The position numbers were made by a program, and so were the translations under genes. Below are positions 57,101 through 64,000 of a stretch of 64,000 nucleotides of DNA, in pieces. Under the pieces are notes generated by a model, which was given only the letters and a program-made list of their open reading frames with translations, was not told where the DNA came from and did no database searches. How positions within the stretch are numbered: the stretch's first letter is position 1; each line of letters opens with the position of its first letter. The stretch covers positions 211,115-275,114 of the forward strand of contig JAHCLO010000002.1 of the NCBI GenBank assembly GCA_026125285.1. Reading direction: 5' to 3'. The DNA is from Verrucomicrobiia bacterium (lineage in GTDB: Bacteria; Verrucomicrobiota; Verrucomicrobiia; Limisphaerales; JADLHS01).

Positions 57101-57898
57101 GACGACGCCCCGGTGACCATTGAATTGACTTACGCAGGCACGAACACCTTCCCGCGCGTCCGCGGACAAGTGGGATTTGTTTCGCCGAAATTCGATGTTC
57201 CCTTGAAGAACGCGCAGTGGGAATTGTTCCTGCCACCGGAGTACGATTACCACGCCTTCAGCGGCACGATGCGGCGGGAAGTCGCGGCCAAGCCGTCCCT
57301 GTTGAGCTTCGGCCTGTCCGAATATCTCGCGAAGGAAAAATCGAGCAAGGCCTCGTCGAAAGCCGAGATGCTCAAGGATGTGAGCAAGGCGCAGAGCAAT
57401 CTGTCGGTGGGCAACGTGCGCGAAGCAGTGGCCGGCTTCAACCGCGCCAAGGGGAACGTTTACGCCGGACTCGACGAGGGCGTTCAGGTGAAACAACTGG
57501 AGCAACAGTTGCGCAGCGCCCAGGCGGAGAATCTGATCAACGCGCAACAAGCCTTCAGCGTGGCCAATGCCGGAGCACCAATGGGTCCGTCGTCGCAGAC
57601 GCTGGCCGGCGCGCAATACGACAACGCCGCCGCTGAAGCGCAGTGGACCAAGCTCGCGCAGGCGCAGGAAGTGGCGATAGCCCGGGTGCAACCGTTGCAC
57701 GTGAATCTGCCGTTGCGCGGCTTGCGCTATTCGTTCACGCAGGTGCTGCAAACCGAAATCAATAAACCAATGACCATTCAACTCTCCGCCGCAAACGCCA
57801 AGACCGGCAACTGGCTCACACGTATCGGGCTGGGTCTGGCGGGCTTCCTTGCGTTGTGGGCGGTGGTGGCGGTGGTTTCCGTGCGGAGGCAACATTAG
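51176..57898 (+). CDS. giant (2,240 aa) internally duplicated membrane protein with a mid-protein pseudopilin-like (H-X9-DG-type) module; function unknown
   Basis: ATG 51176 is preceded by GGAGG. Signal peptide MKSLFYQMAMLTAAVMTLA. Two homologous ~900-1000 aa halves. A central TM cluster is followed by LAGMMLPALAKAKARAQRISSTNNLKQIGLAARQF...SVLFADGSVQ. Ends with a C-terminal coiled-coil and TM anchor. Confidence 0.8.
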   Translation: MKSLFYQMAMLTAAVMTLAEPAPAEMTRTAMPEAVLSLREVRYDGNLTDDEARFVVELEAEAIGKGESSVPLFEGEVALLPPKLSDQLRIVREGNRYRLVATRPGRFKFKLELVARIQRAEPWNQVSFTGPSAAIASISAQASGAGMEVQLLSGTVLESLQTNGVSRVKGFLGASPTVALRWQGKIEEVARQALITADTTITAQVTPTVIKYTTHVRYDLLQGNVPRLTLALPAAQALTRLVGEQIRDWQLKPEGDRQLLTVEFIKPVEKHYSLTLHSEQTVEDLPASASLQPPQPLEVERESGGLTVTTEDTLVELEALSGLRQVNASGGALAAYRFNGRPFALHLKLRRIEPVVSAADRVSARLEETRLLVMHQLTLNIEKAGVYSTELLLPAGFVVAGVRGDGIEDWKGSEGRLRVNFSARALGVRVLEVQLEQPHKQFPNQIALAALRVRGAAKEAAQIGAASAPGIQLKTAELNGLREMPVNRLAQRTDELLAFHADRPDWELALTSERLTARVVADVFNLVTIGNGLVGGSATIRYGLLNQGVQEFQVKLPAHCRNVEFTGPNIRRKELAGEVWTIGLQEKAWGGYTLVVTYDYQFDPQGATLPVAGIHALNVERETGSVALTAAASLKLTPSPVGDPLRVVDEFDLAAADRALITRSVLLAYQYSGDAYELSVNVQRHKEEPVVAAVADRTQITSVLTETGQLLTQASFMVKNNEKQFQKFQLPADADLWGCYVNGETAKPERDGDWVLVPLPRDANRDQAFAVDIVYAETTTAMKSRWSQPLQLAAPKTDVPNTYAEWQLYAPASLRLSGFGGSMRVAQGTTYDMLDAWRKFLSFYGQVLREAGAAIFVIGTLAFLVIALVVSAVRRGWSGVITVLAVVTMLAVLAGMMLPALAKAKARAQRISSTNNLKQIGLAARQFALDNNERFPASFEEMMNELNTDKITYDPESGQRYIYLGAGHSESSLSPDSVLAYSPIINNSCSVLFADGSVQTMSAAKFGELAQRGLVKMMTAQQVAQHQQQTAVMSAQLQPPPAAPAPAAGRRSIRIEVPRTGQPVVFTKVLNVRDEPLALQAKLMPLHTFQTVQMAWQVAAFVAGLLVWHWQWRRERRNSFILTLALVLVLVSVCSLLIAWRALHDALIVGFPAALVAAIAFLVWKYWPREKADDSLPPLAQPGPSLPPVTAGIALWLTLGLGSAFASNGVSIASSTPLDSVAVRSASYTGTVNDRVALLEATLQLSAARPNQTITLFGDDVAVQQFTVKSGDARLAREGRNIAVQLGKRAQATVQFRLLVKTGGDVTKRHLTFAIPEALSSQVAFTLDQPEADVDFPTAISFKRSMEPHQTRVEAVMGSAAKVELRWTPRVKRAAEVAATVFCQNTTLVSFRGGVVNVQAALDYQITQGELREARVRLPNGQRLLRVEANGLRTWEIRADPEGQLLVVELLKGVPQNWRLNLELEKPLETMPATLTVDLPHAQNVKRETGMIALRGAEELGLVVESAQGLQRVDVEEFLRASALPADGLVSAFRFLKTDFGLRARIEAVQPQIEAVTYQHLRLGADHANLTAVIDYTIKRAGVFALKLTVPADYRVENVTGSNVLQWARSKDNAALLEITLQERTLGSYVLRLELARNFGALPESFMVAGAHPLDTVKLTGFLAVSAEPGVAVKTESFDGVTEIPATALPDYARWSGAPPGGVLAYKFITPEPRALPEWQLNLATEPVAAWVRAEIVNTVTLTESLISGRTLVRYDIANAPVKQLRLRVPAAYRNAEITGANIRRRDQEGELWRLELQSPVRGAYTLTVTWEQPRMTRTNLIELAGVAADGVERETGLLAILAQPPLQVTEISAQDLTRVDTREFPEWAGQADESTVLAYRYVRPGYQLALEARRFAEAGVLQALVDSARLTTVVAEDGQMMTEMSLAVRNKGRQFLEVELPPGATVWSAFVAGQPVRPSRRDGKLLLPLEPSGPDDAPVTIELTYAGTNTFPRVRGQVGFVSPKFDVPLKNAQWELFLPPEYDYHAFSGTMRREVAAKPSLLSFGLSEYLAKEKSSKASSKAEMLKDVSKAQSNLSVGNVREAVAGFNRAKGNVYAGLDEGVQVKQLEQQLRSAQAENLINAQQAFSVANAGAPMGPSSQTLAGAQYDNAAAEAQWTKLAQAQEVAIARVQPLHVNLPLRGLRYSFTQVLQTEINKPMTIQLSAANAKTGNWLTRIGLGLAGFLALWAVVAVVSVRRQH

Positions 57899-57974
57899 TC
57901 GGGGAGCGCACTGCGACACGTTCAGGCCAAAACGCAGCTTGACGCCGCTTGCGGCAACGGGAATTAAACAGGGC

Positions 57975-58781
57975 ATGAAGATCATCCGTTATCAGGATCG
58001 CCAGGGAAACATCGGCCACGCCGCGCTGCAGTCGGACGGCACGGCATTGCAACTCGCCGGGGATATTTTCGATTCGCCAAAACTGACCGACGAAGCAGCC
58101 GACATCGCAAAGCTGCTCGCGCCCATCCAGCCGACGATGATTCTGTGCATCGGCTTGAACTATCGTCAGCACGCCCAGGAGACGAACGCGAAGATTCCCC
58201 AGTTCCCCGTGTTGTTCTTCAAGGGGCTGAATACAGTGCAGCATCCCGGTGATCCGATTTCTCTTCCAACGCATCTAAAGAGCAACGCGGTGGATTACGA
58301 ATGTGAACTGGCGGTCATCATCGGCAGACGCGGCAAGAATGTTCCGCGCACCGAGGCCCTCGATTATGTGCTGGGTTACACCTGCGCCAACGACGTCAGC
58401 GCCCGCGACTGGCAAAAAGAATACGGTGGCGGACAATGGTGCCGCGGTAAGACGTTCGACACCTTCTGTCCACTGGGACCTTGTCTGGTGACCACCGACG
58501 AGATTCTTAATCCGAACGCCCTGGCCATCCGCACGATCGTAAGCGGGGAAGTCCTTCAGGAGGCGAACACCAACGACATGATTTTCGATGTGCCCGCGCT
58601 CATCGAGTTTCTGAGCGGGAGCACCACGCTGCTGCCCGGCACCGTGATTCTGACCGGCACACCCCAGGGGGTGGGCATGGCGCGCACGCCGCGCCGCTGG
58701 TTGCGCGTCGGCGACAGCGTCAGTGTTGAAATCGAGACGATTGGCACGCTGACCAATCCGGTGGTGGCTGAGCCGGCGTGA
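57975..58781 (+). CDS. fumarylacetoacetate hydrolase (FAH) family protein
   Basis: Start set to ATG 57975 (MKIIRYQD..). Motifs ECELAVIIG, GYTCANDVSARDWQ and ILTGTPQGVG. Confidence 0.85.
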   Translation: MKIIRYQDRQGNIGHAALQSDGTALQLAGDIFDSPKLTDEAADIAKLLAPIQPTMILCIGLNYRQHAQETNAKIPQFPVLFFKGLNTVQHPGDPISLPTHLKSNAVDYECELAVIIGRRGKNVPRTEALDYVLGYTCANDVSARDWQKEYGGGQWCRGKTFDTFCPLGPCLVTTDEILNPNALAIRTIVSGEVLQEANTNDMIFDVPALIEFLSGSTTLLPGTVILTGTPQGVGMARTPRRWLRVGDSVSVEIETIGTLTNPVVAEPA

Positions 58782-58964
58782 GCAGCGCGCCCGAGCGGGC
58801 CAGCCTGTTCTAATCGCCCGCCGTGAACAATCTCCTGCGCCGGACGATTCTCCCTAAAAGGCGAACCGGGCGGGATTGAATCGTTCCGGCGGTTTGGGCT
58901 GCTGAAGCAGGCGTCGTTTAGCGAGATGGGCCAGAAAATCGCCGCATTGCAAGGTTAAACGAAG

Positions 58965-59309
58965 TTATTCAACCTTGCGTCTAAAACTCACTCGCACACC
59001 ACTTTGTGCGGAAATAGTCTTCTCAATCGTGTCTGGGGAAACTTGTTTTGTGATAATCGTGGTAGATTCTCCAACTTCAACGACAGCTTCGCATTCCTCC
59101 TTTTTGTTGAGAAACTCAAAAATCATTTTTGCAATGTTGTATGTTTTTCCAAGGATGGATTGAGAATAGCGCCGCGCCGGTCGTCTGCTTGCTTTAACAG
59201 CCTCATTCGCCATCGCAAGAGCTATCTCATGCTTGGAAAACAGCGATTCCAATTCTCTTATCAGTTCGATCTCGCCGTTAACTACAATCTCAGTCTCCAT
59301 GGCTGACAT
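58965..59309 (-). CDS. hypothetical protein (114 aa), low-GC islet
   Basis: ORF in a ~43% GC segment. No recognisable motifs. 5 nt downstream of the preceding gene. Confidence 0.5.
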   Translation of the reverse strand: MSAMETEIVVNGEIELIRELESLFSKHEIALAMANEAVKASRRPARRYSQSILGKTYNIAKMIFEFLNKKEECEAVVEVGESTTIITKQVSPDTIEKTISAQSGVRVSFRRKVE

Positions 59310-59314
59310 ATGCT

Positions 59315-59743
59315 TTATTCGAACATCCCGCGAACAGAGCCAGTCTTTACGTCCTTTGCTGCATTCGGATCTTGTGGTCCCATCCAGACCTCCGCGGCGA
59401 CGAACGTCCAGACGTCGCCCGCGTTTAAGTTCTTGATGCTCTCAACGCGCGTGTCAATAACCCGACCGTTTCCGTCCAATACGTTATACTCAATCTGAAC
59501 TAACTTTAATCGCCTCTTCGAGACGTTCGTGAATTCTGCGCGGATCACGAGTTCACCGCGTGAAAAGGTATCAAGCCACGTAATGTATTCTAGCGAGTAT
59601 TCATCTTCTTTGAGTGGCCCGAAACTCGTTGAGTTCACATACGAAAGCGAGAGAATCGCCACCAAAAGAACGCAGAAAATCCCACCAATAATCGAAGCAA
59701 TTACGGCGACTTTTTTCATTCGTCCTTCAATTTGGGCTATCAC
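59315..59743 (-). CDS. membrane-anchored small beta-domain protein, FxLYD-domain-like (low-GC islet)
   Basis: N-terminal TM (VAVIASIIGGIFCVLLVAILSL), then ..IEYNVLDGNGRVIDT..VWTFVA.., resembling FxLYD-type domains. The start could be 59719 instead. Confidence 0.45.
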   Translation of the reverse strand: MIAQIEGRMKKVAVIASIIGGIFCVLLVAILSLSYVNSTSFGPLKEDEYSLEYITWLDTFSRGELVIRAEFTNVSKRRLKLVQIEYNVLDGNGRVIDTRVESIKNLNAGDVWTFVAAEVWMGPQDPNAAKDVKTGSVRGMFE

Positions 59744-59892
59744 TTGAAACCATGAATCTGCATTCTATTTATCGGGACGGGGTATGCCAATGGTTTTCTG
59801 AAGCGTAGCTCTGTGATCATTGAATGATTGACCCCCACGCCGTGCTTGCGTCAGACCCTATTTGCACTAACTCTGTTGGAAAAACTTGAGTC

Positions 59893-61188
59893 ATGACTAC
59901 TGTTGAAAAACACTGGGACGCGATTGTCATCGGCGGCGGGCCGGCGGGAGCTTCCGCCGCCGCCATTCTCGCCGAGCACGGTCATCGCGTGCTCGCGCTT
60001 GAACGCGAGAAGTTCCCGCGTTACCACATTGGCGAATCCATGATCCCGTTTACCTACGGACCGATGGAGCGGCTGGGATTGATTCCCATGATGAAGCAAT
60101 CCGCGTTTCAGAAGAAATACAGCGTCCAGTTCGTGGCGCCCAACGGCAAGGCGAGCCAGCCGTTTTACTTCTTCAACCGCTACGACCGGGAGACCGTCGC
60201 CCAGACGTGGCAGATACTGCGGAGTGAGTTTGATGAAATCCTGCTCCAGCATGCCCGGACCAAAGGGGCCGAGGTGATGGAAGAAATCACGGTGAAGGAA
60301 CTGCTCTGGGAAAAGGGATATTCCGGTCAGCGCGTGGTGGGCGTCCGGGCCCAGACGAAGGCCGGGGCGCTCGTGGAGTTTCGCGCACCGATCACCTTGG
60401 ATTGCACGGGCAAGGAGAGTTTCACCGCGGTGCGCAACAATTGGCGGACCAAGGATCCTTATTTGAACAAAGTGGCCGTGTGGACTTACTACCGAGGCTC
60501 GAAGCGCGAGCCCGGACTGGACGAGGGTCAGACCACGGTGGCGATGATTCCGCACAAGGGCTGGTTCTGGCACATCCCGCAACACAACGACATGGTGAGC
60601 GTGGGCGTCGTGGCCGAGGGCAAGTATCTCACGCGCGGCGGCGTCAAGGACCCGAAGGCGATCTTTCATCGCGAGGTCGAGGAGAACCTCTGGATCAAGG
60701 ATCATCTTTCCGTCGGCGAACAGGTCGGCGAGTATTTCATCACCAGCGAATACAGTTTTCATTCACGGCATTGCGGCTGCGAAGGGCTGGTGCTGGTGGG
60801 GGATGCTTTCGCCTTTCTCGATCCGGTGTTCAGCAGCGGCCTGATGCTCGCGCTCAAGAGCGGCGTGCTGGCGGGCGACGCGGTTCACGAAGCTATTGCG
60901 GCGCGCGATTTTTCCCCGGCGCGCTTTGGGGATTACGCGCGCTTCATGCGCGAAGGCGTCGAGAACATGCGCAAACTGGTCTATGCGTTTTACGATCCAA
61001 ACTTCTCGTTCAAGCAGGTGATTGACAAGTATCCGGAAGCCGCGTACGAAATCACCGACTGCCTTTCTGGAGACGTGAACAAGGATTTCACTTCGTTGTG
61101 GAACAAGATTCGCGAGTTCGCGCCGTTGCCGGAGGAACTGCCAGTCGGTGGGCCGCTCGCCAAATTACCAGCAGCGCAGGCAGCGTGA
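59893..61188 (+). CDS. FAD-dependent oxidoreductase (geranylgeranyl reductase / flavin halogenase-like)
   Basis: Dinucleotide fold WDAIVIGGGPAGASAAAILAEHGHRVLALE, then ..VLVGDAFAFLDPVFSSGL.. Confidence 0.75.
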   Translation: MTTVEKHWDAIVIGGGPAGASAAAILAEHGHRVLALEREKFPRYHIGESMIPFTYGPMERLGLIPMMKQSAFQKKYSVQFVAPNGKASQPFYFFNRYDRETVAQTWQILRSEFDEILLQHARTKGAEVMEEITVKELLWEKGYSGQRVVGVRAQTKAGALVEFRAPITLDCTGKESFTAVRNNWRTKDPYLNKVAVWTYYRGSKREPGLDEGQTTVAMIPHKGWFWHIPQHNDMVSVGVVAEGKYLTRGGVKDPKAIFHREVEENLWIKDHLSVGEQVGEYFITSEYSFHSRHCGCEGLVLVGDAFAFLDPVFSSGLMLALKSGVLAGDAVHEAIAARDFSPARFGDYARFMREGVENMRKLVYAFYDPNFSFKQVIDKYPEAAYEITDCLSGDVNKDFTSLWNKIREFAPLPEELPVGGPLAKLPAAQAA

Positions 61189-61259
61189 AGCGTCACCAAC
61201 CACGTTGAAGCGGCTAGGCTGGCTCACGCATCACGCATCACGCATCACGGATTCTCAGA

Positions 61260-62555
61260 ATGACGATTGTCCAAATCACCCCCGGCGCGGGCCGGATGTA
61301 TTGCGGGAATTGTCTCCGCGATAACGCCCTCGTCGCCGAGTTGCGCCAGCGGGGTCACGAGGCTCTCATGGTGCCCCTTTACCTGCCGCTCACGCTGGAC
61401 GAAGAGGATCAGAGCGCCGGCACCCCCATTTTCTTTGGTGGTGTGAACGTGTACCTGGATCAGAAGTTTGCGTTCTTCCGTCGCGCGCCGGGGTGGTTGC
61501 ATCGCTGGCTGAACTCGCCGCGACTGCTGGCCTGGGCGGCGGGTCGCGCGGCCAAAACGCGCGCCGCCGAACTGGGCGACCTGACTCTCTCCATGCTGCG
61601 CGGTGAGGCGGGCAACCAAGCCCGTGAACTGGATGAGTTGATTCACTGGCTGTCGCAACACAACCGACCTGACGTGATCTGTCTCTCCAATGCGTTGCTC
61701 ATCGGGTTGGCCCGGCGGCTCAAGCAAGACCTTGGCTGCCGCGTCGCCTGCATGTTGTCTGGTGAAGACAGCTTTCTGGATGCGCTGCCGGAATCGCATC
61801 GCGCCGCCTGTTGGGAGACAATCGCCGAACGCGCCACGGATGTGGACTGGTTTCTGCCGCCAAGCCGCTACTTCGGCGAACTGATGCGCGCCCGGCTGAA
61901 TTTTCCCGCGGAACGGATGCGGGTGGTGCCCACGGGAATCAAACTCGACGGCTTTGAGATGGAACACCGTGTCACGCGTAAAGAAAGCCAACGCGCGCCG
62001 GTGCTGGGTTTCTTTGCACGGATGTGCCCGGAAAAGGGTCTGGACACCCTCGTCGAGGCGTACATCCAGCTCAAGAACCGGGGTGAATTGCCGCGCTTGA
62101 AACTGCACATCGGGGGCAGTTGCGGGCCGGGCGACGAACCGTTCGTGAAGTCGCTGCGCAAACGCCTGGCAGCGGCCGGCTTTATTGGCGAGGTGGCGTT
62201 CTTTCCCAACCTGAGCCGCGCGGAGAAACTGGATTTCCTGCGCGGGTTGTCGGTGTTCTCCGTGCCCGCCAGCTATGGCGAGGCGTTCGGGTTGTATGTC
62301 ATCGAGGCCATGGCGATGGGCGTGCCCGTGGTGCAACCGCGCGCGGCGGCATTTCCCGAATTGATCGAAGCCACCGGCGGCGGCGTGCTGTGCGAGCCCG
62401 GCGATCCCGCGGCGCTGGCAGACGCGCTCGAACTGTTGCTGTTGGATTCAGGACAGGCGCGCAAGTTCGGAGACGCGGGTCGCCAGGCCGTCAGCGAGAA
62501 GTACAGCGCCACCGCGATGGCGACAGAGATTCTGCGGGTGTTTGGCGGTGCTTGA
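61260..62555 (+). CDS. GT4-family (GT-B fold) glycosyltransferase
   Basis: C-terminal half with ..FFARMCPEKGLDTL.. and EAFGLYVIEAMAMGVPVV (E-X7-E region). Confidence 0.8.
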   Translation: MTIVQITPGAGRMYCGNCLRDNALVAELRQRGHEALMVPLYLPLTLDEEDQSAGTPIFFGGVNVYLDQKFAFFRRAPGWLHRWLNSPRLLAWAAGRAAKTRAAELGDLTLSMLRGEAGNQARELDELIHWLSQHNRPDVICLSNALLIGLARRLKQDLGCRVACMLSGEDSFLDALPESHRAACWETIAERATDVDWFLPPSRYFGELMRARLNFPAERMRVVPTGIKLDGFEMEHRVTRKESQRAPVLGFFARMCPEKGLDTLVEAYIQLKNRGELPRLKLHIGGSCGPGDEPFVKSLRKRLAAAGFIGEVAFFPNLSRAEKLDFLRGLSVFSVPASYGEAFGLYVIEAMAMGVPVVQPRAAAFPELIEATGGGVLCEPGDPAALADALELLLLDSGQARKFGDAGRQAVSEKYSATAMATEILRVFGGA

Positions 62556-62556
62556 A

Positions 62557-64000
62557 CCTAAAAACGGCGGTTGAAGAAGCTGGTCAAGCGCGGGGAAGGC
62601 TGATTTTGTTGGAGCATGTTACTGCCACCGACTTCCATGCCGTCTCACCCTGCGGGTGAGCCATCACCAGACCCCCTTTCCACGTTACTACCCAGCTCTG
62701 GCGCGTTGCTGCCGGCGCGCGTTCCGTTGGACCTGCATGGCCAGCGGGTTTACGTGGAATGGGATCCCCACGCTCCGGTGACGCCGCTGGGACAGTTGGT
62801 CTATTTCAGCCAGTTCCTGGCCACCGCCGGACTGTTTGGAGAGTGGGTGGCCGACTGTCCGCTCCACTACACCAGCCCCAACGCCCCGGAGCGGGCTGAT
62901 GTGCTGGGCACGATTCTGCTCTCCATTCTGGCGGGCAACCGGCGTTATGCCCACGTGACGGCGCTGCGGGGCGACACCGTCAATCCCCAGGGCTTGGGCA
63001 TGAGCCGGGTGATGAGCGAGGACGCGGTGCGGCGGGCCTTCCAGGACGAGCCGTCCGCACCCTTGGAACAATGGCAGCAACAACATCTGTTGCGCAGTGT
63101 CGAACCGGTGCTCCGGGAAGAATGGATTTGCGATCTGGATGTGACCATCAAGACCGTGTACGGCCGGCAGGAAGGCGGCCAGGTGGGTTACAATCCTCAC
63201 AAACCCGGACGAGCGGCGCACGCCTATCACACGTTTTTCATCTCCCGGCTGCGGTTGGCGTTGGATGTGGTGGTGGCCCCGGGCAAGGAATTTCACAGCC
63301 GGGCGGTGAGCCAAACCTTCTGGCCCTGGTGGGACAAACTGCCGGCCTCCTGCCGGCCCAAGCTGGTGCGGGCCGATTGCGGCTTTGGCAACGAGCATTT
63401 CATGCTCGACTGTGAAAGCCACGGCCAGCCGTATCTGTTTCGCCTGCGCCAAAGCCGGGGCGGGCAGCGCCTGATTGAGCGATTGAGCCGCCAGGGGCCG
63501 TGGAACGAGTGCGGCCAGGGATGGCAAGGCCGGGAAGATTCCTTGCGCTTGCAGGGCTGGAGCCGATCCCGGCGGGTGATCGTGTTGCGGCGGCGGGTGT
63601 CGTCCCCGGCGGTCCCGGAACTGACCGATGGTTTGCAGCAGCCGCAGTTGATGAATGTGGAGGCCGTCGAGCCGTATGAATACACGCTTCTGGGGACCAA
63701 CACCGATTGGGAGTTGGCGGGCTTGGCGCGGCTGTATCGTGAGCGGGCCGACAGCGAGAACACGATTGACGAACTCAAGCGGCAATGGGGCTGGGGCGGA
63801 TTTGTGACGAAGGATTTGCTGCGCTGCCAGGTGGCGGCGCGCAACGTGGCGTTGATTTACAACTGGTGGAGTCTGTTTGTGAGGTGCGTGGAGCCGCAGC
63901 GTCCGCGGGAAGCGGTGACCAGCCGTCCGTTGATGCTCAGTGCGATCGGGCGGGAGGTGCGCCACGCGGGCCAAACGACGGTGGTGCTGACCAGCACGCA
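62557..64000 (+). mobile_element. second copy of the IS1380-like element (left end + most of the transposase; runs off the window)
   Basis: 62557 onward is colinear with 46537 onward (offset 16,020). I saw only one mismatch (62747 G vs 46727 A). It starts 2 nt after the GT4 stop codon. Confidence 0.9.
62616..64000 (+). CDS. IS1380-like transposase, copy 2 (3' end outside window)
   Basis: Same ATG context as 46596. Absent from the ORF track only because no stop is reached in the window. Confidence 0.75.
   Translation, partial: MLLPPTSMPSHPAGEPSPDPLSTLLPSSGALLPARVPLDLHGQRVYVEWDPHAPVTPLGQLVYFSQFLATAGLFGEWVADCPLHYTSPNAPERADVLGTILLSILAGNRRYAHVTALRGDTVNPQGLGMSRVMSEDAVRRAFQDEPSAPLEQWQQQHLLRSVEPVLREEWICDLDVTIKTVYGRQEGGQVGYNPHKPGRAAHAYHTFFISRLRLALDVVVAPGKEFHSRAVSQTFWPWWDKLPASCRPKLVRADCGFGNEHFMLDCESHGQPYLFRLRQSRGGQRLIERLSRQGPWNECGQGWQGREDSLRLQGWSRSRRVIVLRRRVSSPAVPELTDGLQQPQLMNVEAVEPYEYTLLGTNTDWELAGLARLYRERADSENTIDELKRQWGWGGFVTKDLLRCQVAARNVALIYNWWSLFVRCVEPQRPREAVTSRPLMLSAIGREVRHAGQTTVVLTST

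Noticed and set aside
52607-57985. Very long antisense ORFs (54818..57985, 1055 aa; 52607..54607, 666 aa) opposite the giant protein gene. Similar ones lie at 31290..32900(-), 28671..29969(+), 4006..5151(-), 19875..20825(+), 61245..62336(-), 46668..48218(-) and 62688..63974(-).
   Set aside because: These are typical high-GC shadow ORFs. They are Arg/Gly/His/Pro-rich and low in complexity, with no motifs. Each is fully overlapped by a confidently recognisable gene on the other strand.
58853-58873. CCTAAAAGGCGAACCGGGCGG resembles the IS terminal repeat CCTAAAAACGGCGGTTGAAG. It could be a solo IS end bordering the low-GC islet.
   Set aside because: Only the first 7-8 nt match and the rest needs gaps. 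There is no partner end or target duplication. The similarity is most likely chance.
48267-62556. The idea that the two IS copies form a composite transposon carrying the intervening 14 kb.
   Set aside because: Copy 1 has its own ATTAT target duplication, so it was an independent insertion. The right end of copy 2 is outside the window. No shared outer duplication can be shown.

Overview
High-GC (~60-65%) bacterial chromosomal segment. It is probably from a PVC-group (Verrucomicrobiota-like) organism, judged only from pseudopilin-type LPALAKAK..NNLKQIGLA / ..FADG motifs and several dispersed GC-rich palindromic repeat families.

Left third (1-33 kb):
- Transport and housekeeping genes: NhaC, an NSS transporter, a TetR-MFP-RND efflux operon and a GT2.
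- A tightly coupled minus-strand operon (HlyD-like / DUF3616-like / 4xLTD secreted protein / TolC-like), divergent from a sensor kinase and a sigma-54 activator.
- Envelope genes, decayed surface-protein genes, a GlcDF-like oxidase, an orphan hydrogenase maturation protease, a host-attachment-like protein and a LOG-family gene.

Centre (33-49.5 kb):
- A complete type I-E CRISPR-Cas locus in the order cas3-cas8e-cse2-cas6e-[150-bp palindromic element]-cas7e-cas5e-[antisense DUF433/PIN-like TA pair with a dead toxin]-cas1-cas2.
- An 80-repeat array follows, split by an IS1380-like element.
- The whole locus is bracketed by 46-bp direct repeats that duplicate the 3' end of the LOG gene, so it looks like an inserted island.

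Right (49.5-64 kb):
- GNAT, an adhesin-gene remnant, and a 2,240-aa internally duplicated membrane protein with an embedded pseudopilin-like module.
- An FAH-family hydrolase, a low-GC two-gene islet, an FAD oxidoreductase, a GT4, and a second near-identical IS copy that runs off the window.

All family calls were made by eye from motifs and architecture. No database search, HMM or folding was run.
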